Positions 38,049-47,398 of a stretch of 60,839 nucleotides of DNA are shown one piece after another. The DNA is from a virus (Duplodnaviria; Caudoviricetes), in IMG/VR virus record IMGVR_UViG_3300032233_001802, positions 1 to 60,839 of that record; one strand, written 5' to 3'. Numbering within the stretch: position 1 is the stretch's first letter; every line of letters begins with the position of its first letter. The notes beneath the pieces were generated by a model, which saw nothing but the letters and a program-made list of their open reading frames with translations, had not been told where the DNA came from and did no database searches. A program made the position numbers and the translations under genes.

Positions 38049-40172
38049 ATGGCAAATACCGTAAATGTAGGGTTAACAACAACTTCTAATACGTTTAATC
38101 AGTGGCGTATTACAGATAACCTTTTAGCAAATGATGTCAATGAAATTGCTCGCGGCAATTTTACCAAGCCTACAGGCAATGTTACCATCACTGATGGTTT
38201 TTTGACAATTTCAAAATCTTCTGGTGTAACACTTACTGTTGCTTCTGATTCTCGTCAAGCTGGTCTTGCTTCGATTCACTCCATTGAATCTGATGCCGAT
38301 GGTCACGTTTATCTGCCTTCTGGCGACATTACGATGGCTAATCGTGCTTCTGGTGCACTATATCAAGCCAATATTAATACGGTTTTCACTTCTGCAAATG
38401 TCACGATTGGTAATACTACAGTTGGCGGTACGTTCAATGTTTCTTCAAATACATTGATAACTGCTTCTAACGTAGTTATTTCGAATACTCAGGTTGGCGG
38501 CACACTAAACGTTGCTTCGAATACGACAATTACTGCACCTAATGTGACTATTTCAAATACTGGTGCTGGCGGAACTTTCAACGTTGCTTCGAATACTACG
38601 ATCTCTGCGCAAAAAGTTTCAATTTCAAATACGACTGCTGCTGCAAGATTTAATGTATCGCCTAACACATTCTTCTTTGGCGGCTCCGTCAACGTTGCTA
38701 ACACTTCTGGTAGTGCAACGTTTGAAGTTACTCCAAACACTTATCTCTATGCAAGTGCTAATGTCAGCCAAAACGTAAACGTCGGCGCGAAACTAGAAGT
38801 GACAGGCAATGCCTATGTCTACTCTAATGTGATTGTTTCGTGGAACACCTCGACAGGAAACGCTCTAGTTACACAAAATACTTCGACAGGTAATCTATCA
38901 GTTACTCAGAATACTTCATCAGGAAACTTGACAGTATCTCAAAATACAAGTTCTGGTAATTTGTCAGTTACGCAAAATACTGCGACAGGCAATCTATCTG
39001 CTACACAAAATATTTCTTCTGGTAATGTGACTGTAAGCAGAAATACTTCTACTGGTAATCTTTCTGTTACGCAAAATACTTCGACAGGTAATCTATCAGT
39101 TACTCAGAATACGACAACAGGTAATCTGGTTGTTACGACGCTGGCTAATATTGCTACTGCAAATATCACAACTCTTGAACCTATCGCGACACTGAATGTC
39201 GGAAATGCATCGTTTACTGGTACATTAAATGCTGTCACTGCAAATATTAGTTCAACTCTTTGGGTTCAGACTCTAACTGTCAATGATCCAATTGCTGCGC
39301 CAGCGCAGACTTCTTCTTCTCTTTATAGAGTTCGCGGTGGGCTATCTACTCGCGGCGATGGATCTTTCAATGTTAATCTTGGTTCTACAGCTAATGGTGA
39401 AGCGATCCTCAACTTTGATACGACAAATGGAAACGTGTGGCGTGTTACCGAAAATAGTTCAGCTGGAATCTACAAAACTCTATTAACCACTTCTAACGTA
39501 GTAGACTCTATCTCCTCAACAAGTACAGTTAATGCAGCTGCACCAAATTCAGTTAAGACTGTATATGATGCATTAACAACAACTGTCGCGACATTAAATA
39601 CAACTTTTGGCACTGTTAATACAAATTACCAGGCTGCTTATGCTCAGGCTAATACAGCTCGCAGTGACGCCAATACCACGTTTGCAACTGTTAACACCAC
39701 ATTTGGAACAACCAATACTACGTTCGCAAGTCATAATACCACATTTGCAACACTGAATACAACATTCGGTACAGTAAATACTTCGCTATCAACAATGAAT
39801 GCAACGTTTAGTGGAAACGTAACTGGTACTCTAAAGGGTTATAAAGATTATCTAACAACGACAACTTCGACTGGTGCAACGACTGTTGATCTTTCGACTT
39901 CAAACTGGTTCAAGTATACATTGTCTGGACCTTCGACATATACATTCGCTAATGCACCAGCATCTGGTAATGCATTTACTGTTACTCTATTGCTTGTTCA
40001 AGGAAGTGGCGGTAATAAAACTGTTTCTTGGGGCAATACGATTTATTGGGCTGGTGGACAAGTTCCTCCTGCTACAACAACTGCTGCGGGTAATACAGAC
40101 CTATGGACGTTTACAACACTTGATGGTGGATCAACATTCTACGGAACATTGGCAATCAAAGACGCAAGATAG
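38049..40172 (+). CDS. tail fibre-like protein (11-aa NTSTGNLSVTQ repeats, heptads, C-terminal adaptor domain)
   Basis: N-terminal TFNQWR anchor motif; repeats visible in the translation. Confidence 0.8.
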   Translation: MANTVNVGLTTTSNTFNQWRITDNLLANDVNEIARGNFTKPTGNVTITDGFLTISKSSGVTLTVASDSRQAGLASIHSIESDADGHVYLPSGDITMANRASGALYQANINTVFTSANVTIGNTTVGGTFNVSSNTLITASNVVISNTQVGGTLNVASNTTITAPNVTISNTGAGGTFNVASNTTISAQKVSISNTTAAARFNVSPNTFFFGGSVNVANTSGSATFEVTPNTYLYASANVSQNVNVGAKLEVTGNAYVYSNVIVSWNTSTGNALVTQNTSTGNLSVTQNTSSGNLTVSQNTSSGNLSVTQNTATGNLSATQNISSGNVTVSRNTSTGNLSVTQNTSTGNLSVTQNTTTGNLVVTTLANIATANITTLEPIATLNVGNASFTGTLNAVTANISSTLWVQTLTVNDPIAAPAQTSSSLYRVRGGLSTRGDGSFNVNLGSTANGEAILNFDTTNGNVWRVTENSSAGIYKTLLTTSNVVDSISSTSTVNAAAPNSVKTVYDALTTTVATLNTTFGTVNTNYQAAYAQANTARSDANTTFATVNTTFGTTNTTFASHNTTFATLNTTFGTVNTSLSTMNATFSGNVTGTLKGYKDYLTTTTSTGATTVDLSTSNWFKYTLSGPSTYTFANAPASGNAFTVTLLLVQGSGGNKTVSWGNTIYWAGGQVPPATTTAAGNTDLWTFTTLDGGSTFYGTLAIKDAR

Positions 40173-40178
40173 TAGACT

Positions 40179-41681
40179 ATGCCAAGAAATAATGAATTAG
40201 AAAAAACTTGGTTGCCTGGACCTTCGCGTGGAACACAGACGTTCAATGCTCCATCGAATCTAACCATTCCATATGGTCGTCACAAAGCAACTATCTCTGG
40301 AAGTGGTGGTCCTGGAAATTCTCCGACTGCTCAATATGTTGTTAATTACAATACGAACTATAATGTAGCATATCCGATTGCAAATCAGCCAGCGGCTGCA
40401 TATACTATTCTTTATAGTACAAATTACAACACAGTATATCCTGTCGCAACTCAACCAGAAGCATCTCGTCCTGCCACAGCATGGATTACCAATTATAATA
40501 CCAACTATAATGTAGCATATCCAGTCGGCACGCAGCCAATTGCTTCACAGCCAGCGACTGCATATTCAACAAATTACAACGTTGCTTATCCTATTGCCAC
40601 ACAACCAGAAGGCAATAGACCAGCAACTGCGTACAGTATTTTGTATAATACGAATTACAATGTTGCTTATCCTATTGACACACGACCAGAAGCATCTAGA
40701 CCAGCGAATGCATGGAATACAAATTATAACACTGTAAACTCTTACGGAAATACTAATTACAACGTAGTATATCCTACAGGAAATCAGCCATTATTAGGTG
40801 TTCCTTGGTATATGTTAATATATTTGAATGATGTATTGACAGTTTTTGGAAATTCTAATTCTGTTTTAATATATTCTCCAGGAGGAGGAGTATTCAGCCC
40901 AACATATTTCCCATATGAGGGTATGGCACCAGACGGTCTAAGCGGTCCTTCTCCATGGAATAGTGCTAATTTTGGAACAGTTGATGGTAGTAGTGGTTAT
41001 ATTGCACTATCATATTATACTGGGTTAGCAGAATATACTACTAACTACAACGTCGCATATCCAGTTGGTAATACAAACTATAATGTTGCGTATCCTGTCG
41101 GAAATCAACCAGCAACTGCGTACAATATTCTTTACAATACAAATTATAACGTTGCATATCCAGTTGGAACTCGACCAGAAGCATCGCGACCAATAACTGC
41201 GTATTCGATCAACTATAATACCAATTATAATGTTGCATATCCAGTCGCAAATCAACCTGCAACGGCTTGGGTGACGAACTACAATACAAACTATAATGTT
41301 GCGTACCCAACTGCTAATCAGCCATTGGCAACTCAACCAGCGACTGCGTATACTATTCTGTACAATACGAATTACAACGTCGCATATCCGATCGCAAATC
41401 AGCCAGAGGCATCGCGTCCAGTAACTGCGTACTCCACGAACTACAACGTCGCCTACCCAATCGCAACTCAGCCAGAGGGTAATCGTCCAATAACCTCATA
41501 TGTTCCAGGAGATGCTGGGGCTGCGACAACGGTTCTCGGTGTGTACTTCCCAGGTGGTGCAATCGGAAGCCCAGCTCCATACGTTTCTGACACTGTCGTA
41601 CAATATTGGGACTATCCAGACAATTCGAATTATCCAGTCGCTGTTCCTCCAGGTGGACAGATCGTAGTCAAAATCGAATAA
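40179..41681 (+). CDS. NYNVAYP-repeat protein A (6+6 complementary repeat units around a unique centre); putative adhesin
   Basis: Repeats seen directly; termini paralogous to 41726..43390. Confidence 0.85.
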   Translation: MPRNNELEKTWLPGPSRGTQTFNAPSNLTIPYGRHKATISGSGGPGNSPTAQYVVNYNTNYNVAYPIANQPAAAYTILYSTNYNTVYPVATQPEASRPATAWITNYNTNYNVAYPVGTQPIASQPATAYSTNYNVAYPIATQPEGNRPATAYSILYNTNYNVAYPIDTRPEASRPANAWNTNYNTVNSYGNTNYNVVYPTGNQPLLGVPWYMLIYLNDVLTVFGNSNSVLIYSPGGGVFSPTYFPYEGMAPDGLSGPSPWNSANFGTVDGSSGYIALSYYTGLAEYTTNYNVAYPVGNTNYNVAYPVGNQPATAYNILYNTNYNVAYPVGTRPEASRPITAYSINYNTNYNVAYPVANQPATAWVTNYNTNYNVAYPTANQPLATQPATAYTILYNTNYNVAYPIANQPEASRPVTAYSTNYNVAYPIATQPEGNRPITSYVPGDAGAATTVLGVYFPGGAIGSPAPYVSDTVVQYWDYPDNSNYPVAVPPGGQIVVKIE

Positions 41682-41725
41682 TAAGGATAAACTAAATAGT
41701 ATGGTTATCCTTATAGTGGACTAAA

Positions 41726-43390
41726 ATGTCAAAGAGTTCCGATTTAAATAAAAGCTGGATCGGCGCAGGTGCAAGAGGGACGCAAACTTTTAATGCGCCT
41801 AGCAACCTGTCGATTGCCTATGGGCGCTATAAAGGAACAGTTTCTGGTCGCGGTGGTTCGGGAAATGTTCCCACAGCAGCCTCATATGTGATCAATTATA
41901 ACACGAATTATAACGTCGCCTATCCTATTGCGACTCAACCGATCGCAACTCAGCCTGCAACAACTTGGTCGACCAACTATAACGTCGCATACCCAATTGC
42001 AACACAGCCTCTTGCGACTCAGCCAGCAGTAACTTGGTCGACGAATTATAACGTCGCCTATCCTATTGCGACTCAACCAGCCACTGCATACAGTATTTTG
42101 TACAATACAAATTACAATGTTGCTTATCCAGTTGCGACTCGACCCGAAGCATCGCGTCCAGTAACTGCTTATACTATTCTTTATAACACCAATTATAATG
42201 TTGCTTATCCAATCGCAACTCAGCCAGCCACTGCGTATACAATCACATACAATACCAATTATAACGTTGCATATCCGATTGCTAATCAGCCAGCGACTGC
42301 ATACAGTATTACATACAATACCAATTATAACGTTGCATATCCGATTGCTAATCAGCCAGCGACTGCATACAGTATTACATACAACACAAACTACAACGTG
42401 GCGTATCCAGTCGGGAATCAGCCAGCAACTGGAACTAATCCGCAGAATTGGTCTGGATCTTATTTTTATGTCTATGATGCATATCCAGCGTTTACCAGCT
42501 ACTCAAGTGGTCCTGGTTGTCCAGGTTATAGTCCATACAGCACATATTATTTTGATTATTCATTCGGTTATCCAGTGGGAGTATGGACGGGTGGGTATTT
42601 TAGCTGTAGTGGAGGAACTCCAAACTACACTACAAATTATAACGTCGTCTATCCTGTTGCAAATCAACCAGAATCTGGTCGCCCAGTAAATGCATACTCA
42701 ACAAATTACAACGTCGCCTATCCTATTGCAACTCAACCAGAATCTGGTCGCCCAGTAAATGCATACTCAACAAATTACAACGTTGCTTATCCAGTTGCAA
42801 CTCGACCAGAATCTGGTCGCCCAGTAACTGCATACTCAACAAACTATAATGTAGTGTATCCAGTTGCAACTCAGCCTGAAGCATCTAGACCAGCAACTGC
42901 CTATACTATTCTTTATAACACAAACTATAATGTTGCCTACCCGATTGCTACACAGCCTGAAGCATCTAGACCAATTACTGCATATTCAACCAATTATAAC
43001 GTTGCATACCCGATTGCGACTCAGCCAGCCAATGCTTGGGTGAGCAATTATAACACAAACTATAACGTAGCGTATCCGATTGCGACTCAGCCAGCGAATG
43101 CTTGGACGACCAATTATAATACCAATTATAATGTGGCGTATCCGATTGCAACTCAGCCTGAAGCCAATCGCCCAGTTACTTCTTATACTCCAGGAAATAC
43201 TGGAACCGCAACGACTGTTCTTGGTGTCTACTTCCCAGGAGGACCGATTGATCTTTCTGGATTCGCTGGTCCTGCAGGAACTGCACCATATGTAAGCGAT
43301 ACAGTAGTTGCATACTACTCATTCCCAGACAATAGCACTTATCCAGTGGCTGTGCCTTCGGGTGGACAAATTGTGGTTAAAATTGAATAA
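41726..43390 (+). CDS. NYNVAYP-repeat protein B (8+8 complementary repeat units around a unique centre); putative adhesin
   Basis: Repeats seen directly; shares GTQTFNAPSNL and GGQIVVKIE termini with protein A; late-like CTAAATA at 41692. Confidence 0.85.
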   Translation: MSKSSDLNKSWIGAGARGTQTFNAPSNLSIAYGRYKGTVSGRGGSGNVPTAASYVINYNTNYNVAYPIATQPIATQPATTWSTNYNVAYPIATQPLATQPAVTWSTNYNVAYPIATQPATAYSILYNTNYNVAYPVATRPEASRPVTAYTILYNTNYNVAYPIATQPATAYTITYNTNYNVAYPIANQPATAYSITYNTNYNVAYPIANQPATAYSITYNTNYNVAYPVGNQPATGTNPQNWSGSYFYVYDAYPAFTSYSSGPGCPGYSPYSTYYFDYSFGYPVGVWTGGYFSCSGGTPNYTTNYNVVYPVANQPESGRPVNAYSTNYNVAYPIATQPESGRPVNAYSTNYNVAYPVATRPESGRPVTAYSTNYNVVYPVATQPEASRPATAYTILYNTNYNVAYPIATQPEASRPITAYSTNYNVAYPIATQPANAWVSNYNTNYNVAYPIATQPANAWTTNYNTNYNVAYPIATQPEANRPVTSYTPGNTGTATTVLGVYFPGGPIDLSGFAGPAGTAPYVSDTVVAYYSFPDNSTYPVAVPSGGQIVVKIE

Positions 43391-43396
43391 CATGAT

Positions 43397-43425
43397 TTGA
43401 CTTTTTTCGATAAATAATTTATAAT
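43397..43425 (+). promoter_or_regulatory. sigma70-type promoter in front of the modification genes
   Basis: TTGACT-17 bp-TATAAT. Confidence 0.7.
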
Positions 43426-43452
43426 TGAAGTTGACAATTGAAGGAATTTTTT

Positions 43453-44052
43453 ATGCCATATCCTGTACAGCGTTATATCCGCCAATTAAATCGTTTCTGT
43501 GTTGCCACCAAAGCCTTTTCTGACGAAGAAGTAGAAAAGATTCTTGATCTAGAAGATCTGCAAAAGTTTCGAAAAGGTTCCGTCGGGACTGGTGTAGTGG
43601 GGCAAGTCAATAAAAAGACCCGCGACAGTGACGTCATGTGGGTCATGCATGATCAAAACTCAGACTGGCTCTTCAGTAAATTTTCTCAGTTAACATCGAT
43701 GGTCAATTACGACCATTTCATGTATGACATTGATGGATTTGAGAGTTTTCAGTACACTGTTTATAAGTCCAAGGACAAGCAGCATTATGATTGGCATGTC
43801 GATGCTGGCAATCTTTCTACTCCATATGAGAGAAAAATCAGTGCAACAATTGTTTTAACTCCACCAGAAAAATATGAGGGTGGAGAATTTGAAATTGTAA
43901 TGGATGGACAAGTTGCATCACCGCAACTATTGAAACCAGAAGCTGGTGATGTAATCTTCTTTGATTCGCGTATGCCTCATCGTGTGCGCCCAGTAACCTC
44001 TGGTGTTCGTAAGTCATTAGTCTGTTGGGTTATGGGAAAGAATGTATGGTAA
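43453..44052 (+). CDS. 2OG-Fe(II) oxygenase, prolyl-hydroxylase-like
   Basis: YDWHVD, RKIS, YEGGEF and HRVRPVTSGVRKSLVCW motifs; AAGGA RBS favours ATG 43453. Confidence 0.92.
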   Translation: MPYPVQRYIRQLNRFCVATKAFSDEEVEKILDLEDLQKFRKGSVGTGVVGQVNKKTRDSDVMWVMHDQNSDWLFSKFSQLTSMVNYDHFMYDIDGFESFQYTVYKSKDKQHYDWHVDAGNLSTPYERKISATIVLTPPEKYEGGEFEIVMDGQVASPQLLKPEAGDVIFFDSRMPHRVRPVTSGVRKSLVCWVMGKNVW

Positions 44053-44780
44053 ACTTGAGAAAACTCAAGTTCTGGGAAAAGCCAATTATTGAATTTTATT
44101 GTCATCCAGACCTTGAAGATGTAATACCTGAGCCAAGACCAGCAGTAAAATATCTGCCAGAATGGTTCAAAGATCTTTCGCCAACTCATGGTGATGAGCG
44201 AGATGCGTTTGGGAATAAGAATATGACTGCAAAGAGATGCCTCCCTTTGCTGGACGGAATGTCTTTGGGTTTTGTTATTCCACTTGCGGGTGATTTGCAT
44301 ATTCGATCGAATCATAACAATAGTCAGATCGAAATTACGAATCCCCCTGCATTAAAGGTGTGCGAGTTTCACAATTCTGATCAAGTCGGTGGTCCTAATG
44401 CAATCAAACAGAAACATGGAAATCCACTAAAATTCCTCAACTGGTGGGTTATTAAAACTGCTCCAGGCTGGTCGACATTGTTTATTCCTCCGATGAATAA
44501 TTTTGAACAGCCGTTTACCTGTTTAGCAGCAATGGTCGATACAGACAAGTATCCAAAAGAAGTTAATTTCCCTGCAACGTTGAATATCACTGATGCTGAT
44601 ATACATATTCCTGCTGGGACTCCATTAATGACGGTGATACCAATTAAACGCGATTCTTTTGATAAGAAGGCGAACGTTCGTAAGATGACTCGTCAAGAAA
44701 TGAAAGAGATTGATAAGATTTCACGCAGACAAAACACAAGAACGCATCATTACACCTATGAATTGAGAGTGAAGAAATGA
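44046..44780 (+). CDS. conserved phage protein often found beside 2OG oxygenases
   Basis: PEWFK...KRCLPLLDGMSLGFVIP...KTAPGWSTLF...VDTD...GTPL...IP. Confidence 0.75.
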   Translation: MVNLRKLKFWEKPIIEFYCHPDLEDVIPEPRPAVKYLPEWFKDLSPTHGDERDAFGNKNMTAKRCLPLLDGMSLGFVIPLAGDLHIRSNHNNSQIEITNPPALKVCEFHNSDQVGGPNAIKQKHGNPLKFLNWWVIKTAPGWSTLFIPPMNNFEQPFTCLAAMVDTDKYPKEVNFPATLNITDADIHIPAGTPLMTVIPIKRDSFDKKANVRKMTRQEMKEIDKISRRQNTRTHHYTYELRVKK

Positions 44781-45532
44781 GCATTTTTAATCTATTCAAT
44801 AATGATAAGCCAGATCTAGAGTTCGTCGATGATAGTGGTAATTTGATTTATCCTCATTATCCGCCAGTACTTGCCAAAGATATAAAACCATTAAAAGAAT
44901 ATCAAGAGAAAAAATTTAATGGTGAATGGACATTTCCGCAATGTCCTGGAATGTTCGACTATTCTAGAATGGGATATATCATTCCTGCATGGAGCAATTT
45001 CCATATAAAGGCTAATAAAGCGGGTCATGTTGCGTTTGTTGGAACTCGCGGAGATCAGCATGATAGACGACCAACTCCTATGAAACAACCAATGCCGATG
45101 GACACCAAAATTGTCGATGGTATGTATCAATTAGAAGATGGAATTTCTCCGTATATTTGGAATTTTCCTGGAGCATGGAAAGTTCATGGTAGAGGAAATG
45201 TGTCAGCATTATTACTTCCACCAGTCTATCACAATCAAAGTTTTCTAAATGACCTTCACATGTATCCAGGTGCAGTAGATTATAAAGGATTCACAACACT
45301 CAATTTTATTGTCACTCCGAAAAGAGCATGCGAAATAGAAATTAAAGCTGGTGATCCAGTTCTTCATGTCATTCCATTTGTAACAAACAAAACAATTACC
45401 GCAAGTTATGGTCCAGCAACGACAGATCAAAAAGATTATGATAAAATTCTTAAATGGTTCCATGAGTCTAATTTCTATCGTCGATATTATATGATTCGTA
45501 AAAAGTATAAGATATTCAAGAAAGTCGATTAA
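44777..45532 (+). CDS. paralog of the preceding conserved protein
   Basis: CPGMFDYSRMGYIIPAW...PGAVD...AGDPVLHVIPF; ATGA overlap. Confidence 0.75.
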   Translation: MSIFNLFNNDKPDLEFVDDSGNLIYPHYPPVLAKDIKPLKEYQEKKFNGEWTFPQCPGMFDYSRMGYIIPAWSNFHIKANKAGHVAFVGTRGDQHDRRPTPMKQPMPMDTKIVDGMYQLEDGISPYIWNFPGAWKVHGRGNVSALLLPPVYHNQSFLNDLHMYPGAVDYKGFTTLNFIVTPKRACEIEIKAGDPVLHVIPFVTNKTITASYGPATTDQKDYDKILKWFHESNFYRRYYMIRKKYKIFKKVD

Positions 45533-46497
45533 TGGCAAAGATATTCGTTAATATATGTTCATATCGTGATAAATTACTTGCTCCCACGATTTGTAGTCTA
45601 CTCGAAACAGAGTCTGGAAGGAATCAAATCACCTATGGAATCTTCGAGCAGACTAAACTCGAAGATTCATTGCAGGTAAAGTATCCAGAGATAGTTAAAA
45701 ATCCAAAAGTCAGATATAAGAGAATTGATCCAGAGTTCTCTGATGGCGTAGTTTGGGCGCGCTGCATCAATTCAATGCAGATCTATGACGAAGAATTCCA
45801 ATACCAGATCGATTCTCACATGCTCTTTGATAAAGACTGGGATCACCAGCTGATCTTAGACTATAACCATACTTCGAAACTAGCGAACACCAAGAAAGTC
45901 CTCCTCACTTCTGGAACTAAGAATTTCGATCTAGATGGTGAACGAATTACCAAGCATACTCTGACAGACGATATCACTGTCAAACTTGGGTATTTCCAGT
46001 TCGATAAAAACCTTCGACTCCATGCTCATGGTCCTTGGGTTCCTGCGACGGAAGTGGCTACTCCATCTATTCACATCTGTGCTGGAAATTTCTTTGCTCC
46101 TGTCAGCTGGATTAAAGACGTCGGATATAATACGAATATCTTCTTCGAAGGCGAGGAACAGATGTTTGTTATCACTTCGATCGTCGCTGGGTATCAGATC
46201 TTCCATCATCGCAAGATTAAGGTCTATCACTATCTGAAATCCAGCAGTCACGAAAGCAAACAGACGATCAATCCAGTCGCCAACCCCGAAAGATTGAAAA
46301 AGAACATAGAAAGGTCCGAGAAGGAACTTGTCAATTACATCTATTCATTGGACGAGGCTCAGCTGGAAAGGTATAGGAAGATCACAGGGGTCGATTATAT
46401 AAATAGAAAATTGGAGAACCGAGCTATTTCTAGAGGTATCTCCATAAACCCAGGAGTCACTAACGACTGGGAAATTCCAGATAGAGGTGATGCATGA
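45532..46497 (+). CDS. GT60-like (Gnt1/Skp1 hydroxyproline GlcNAc-transferase-type) glycosyltransferase
   Basis: IFVNICSYRD, GVVWAR, QIDSHMLFDKDWD and FFEGEE motifs. Confidence 0.85.
   Translation: MAKIFVNICSYRDKLLAPTICSLLETESGRNQITYGIFEQTKLEDSLQVKYPEIVKNPKVRYKRIDPEFSDGVVWARCINSMQIYDEEFQYQIDSHMLFDKDWDHQLILDYNHTSKLANTKKVLLTSGTKNFDLDGERITKHTLTDDITVKLGYFQFDKNLRLHAHGPWVPATEVATPSIHICAGNFFAPVSWIKDVGYNTNIFFEGEEQMFVITSIVAGYQIFHHRKIKVYHYLKSSSHESKQTINPVANPERLKKNIERSEKELVNYIYSLDEAQLERYRKITGVDYINRKLENRAISRGISINPGVTNDWEIPDRGDA
46398..46405 (+). promoter_or_regulatory. T4-type late promoter
   Basis: Exact TATAAATA about 90 nt upstream of ORF 46494. Confidence 0.6.
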
Positions 46498-47018
46498 GCG
46501 TAGAAAATTTGTCCCCTAGAATTTATATAAAAACCTCATCTGGTGGTGGTTGGTGCCCTCAGGGTTATTGTAACATTAATGTTCAAAATCAGTTTGCTAC
46601 AACTTCGAAATATCTACTTCTTAGAGGAACTATCGGAGTCCAATATAATGGCGAAGAAAGAACGCTCATTGATAGTCCATATGTAAACTCTGGTTGGGCA
46701 GAATATGTTGATGCCTGGAGATATGATACTTCTGTAGAAGTCACTAGTGGCGATCCTACTGCATTATTTGTACAAGTCAGTTTAAAAAGTCAAGATACAA
46801 CTGAGAATGTCCCATTTAATGTTCAGGTGTATAACTTGTCTAATGAAACAATAGTAAAGACCTCAAAAAGTCCATCCTGGATTATGGTTAAGGGTGAATC
46901 ATTTACTCTAGATGGAGTAGAAAAGGGTGATAGCGGGATCATTCAAATTTTACAAGAAAGAGATATTATCATTTCTTCTACGGGTTCCTGCAAGGTTCTC
47001 TATATCGAAAAAGCATAA
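46494..47018 (+). CDS. hypothetical beta-rich protein
   Basis: GAGGTG RBS; ATGA overlap. Confidence 0.7.
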   Translation: MSVENLSPRIYIKTSSGGGWCPQGYCNINVQNQFATTSKYLLLRGTIGVQYNGEERTLIDSPYVNSGWAEYVDAWRYDTSVEVTSGDPTALFVQVSLKSQDTTENVPFNVQVYNLSNETIVKTSKSPSWIMVKGESFTLDGVEKGDSGIIQILQERDIIISSTGSCKVLYIEKA

Positions 47019-47062
47019 TCCCAAGTTTAATAAATACAATAATAAGAACAGGGAACTCCTAA

Positions 47063-47398
47063 ATGGCGCAATTTGTAGAATTAGACATTGATCAGGGAAC
47101 AGATTTCAGTTTCAATCTAGATCTAACCGAAGACGATGGTAGTGCTATCAACGTCACAAATTTCACCTTTTCCTCGTCGATTAGAAAGTCATACTATTCT
47201 TCCTCAGCCACGGCTAATCTGACGGTTACAATTGTTGATGCTGCGAATGGAAATGTGGTTTTATCATTAAGTTCAGCTACGACAGCTAATATCAAAGCTG
47301 GTCGTTATTTAATTGATGTTAAACAAACAGACAGTAGTAATGTAAAAACTCGCCTTATGGAAGGCACCATTACAGTTAATCCGCAGGTTACGAAATGA
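47063..47398 (+). CDS. small virion structural/adaptor protein
   Basis: IDQGTDFS...GRYLIDV...[15 protein letters not shown]; late-like AATAAATA at 47029. Confidence 0.8.
   Translation: MAQFVELDIDQGTDFSFNLDLTEDDGSAINVTNFTFSSSIRKSYYSSSATANLTVTIVDAANGNVVLSLSSATTANIKAGRYLIDVKQTDSSNVKTRLMEGTITVNPQVTK

Noticed and set aside
42431-42625. Diversity-generating retroelement variable region (Tyr/Ser/Phe-rich tip)
   Set aside because: No reverse transcriptase and no adenine-differing template repeat were seen in this window. It cannot be excluded elsewhere in the genome.
40330-43200. CRISPR-like array suggested by recurring AAYTAYAAYGTNGCNTAYCC
   Set aside because: The repeats vary at third codon positions and lie in two long ORFs, so they are protein repeats. 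No cas locus is present.
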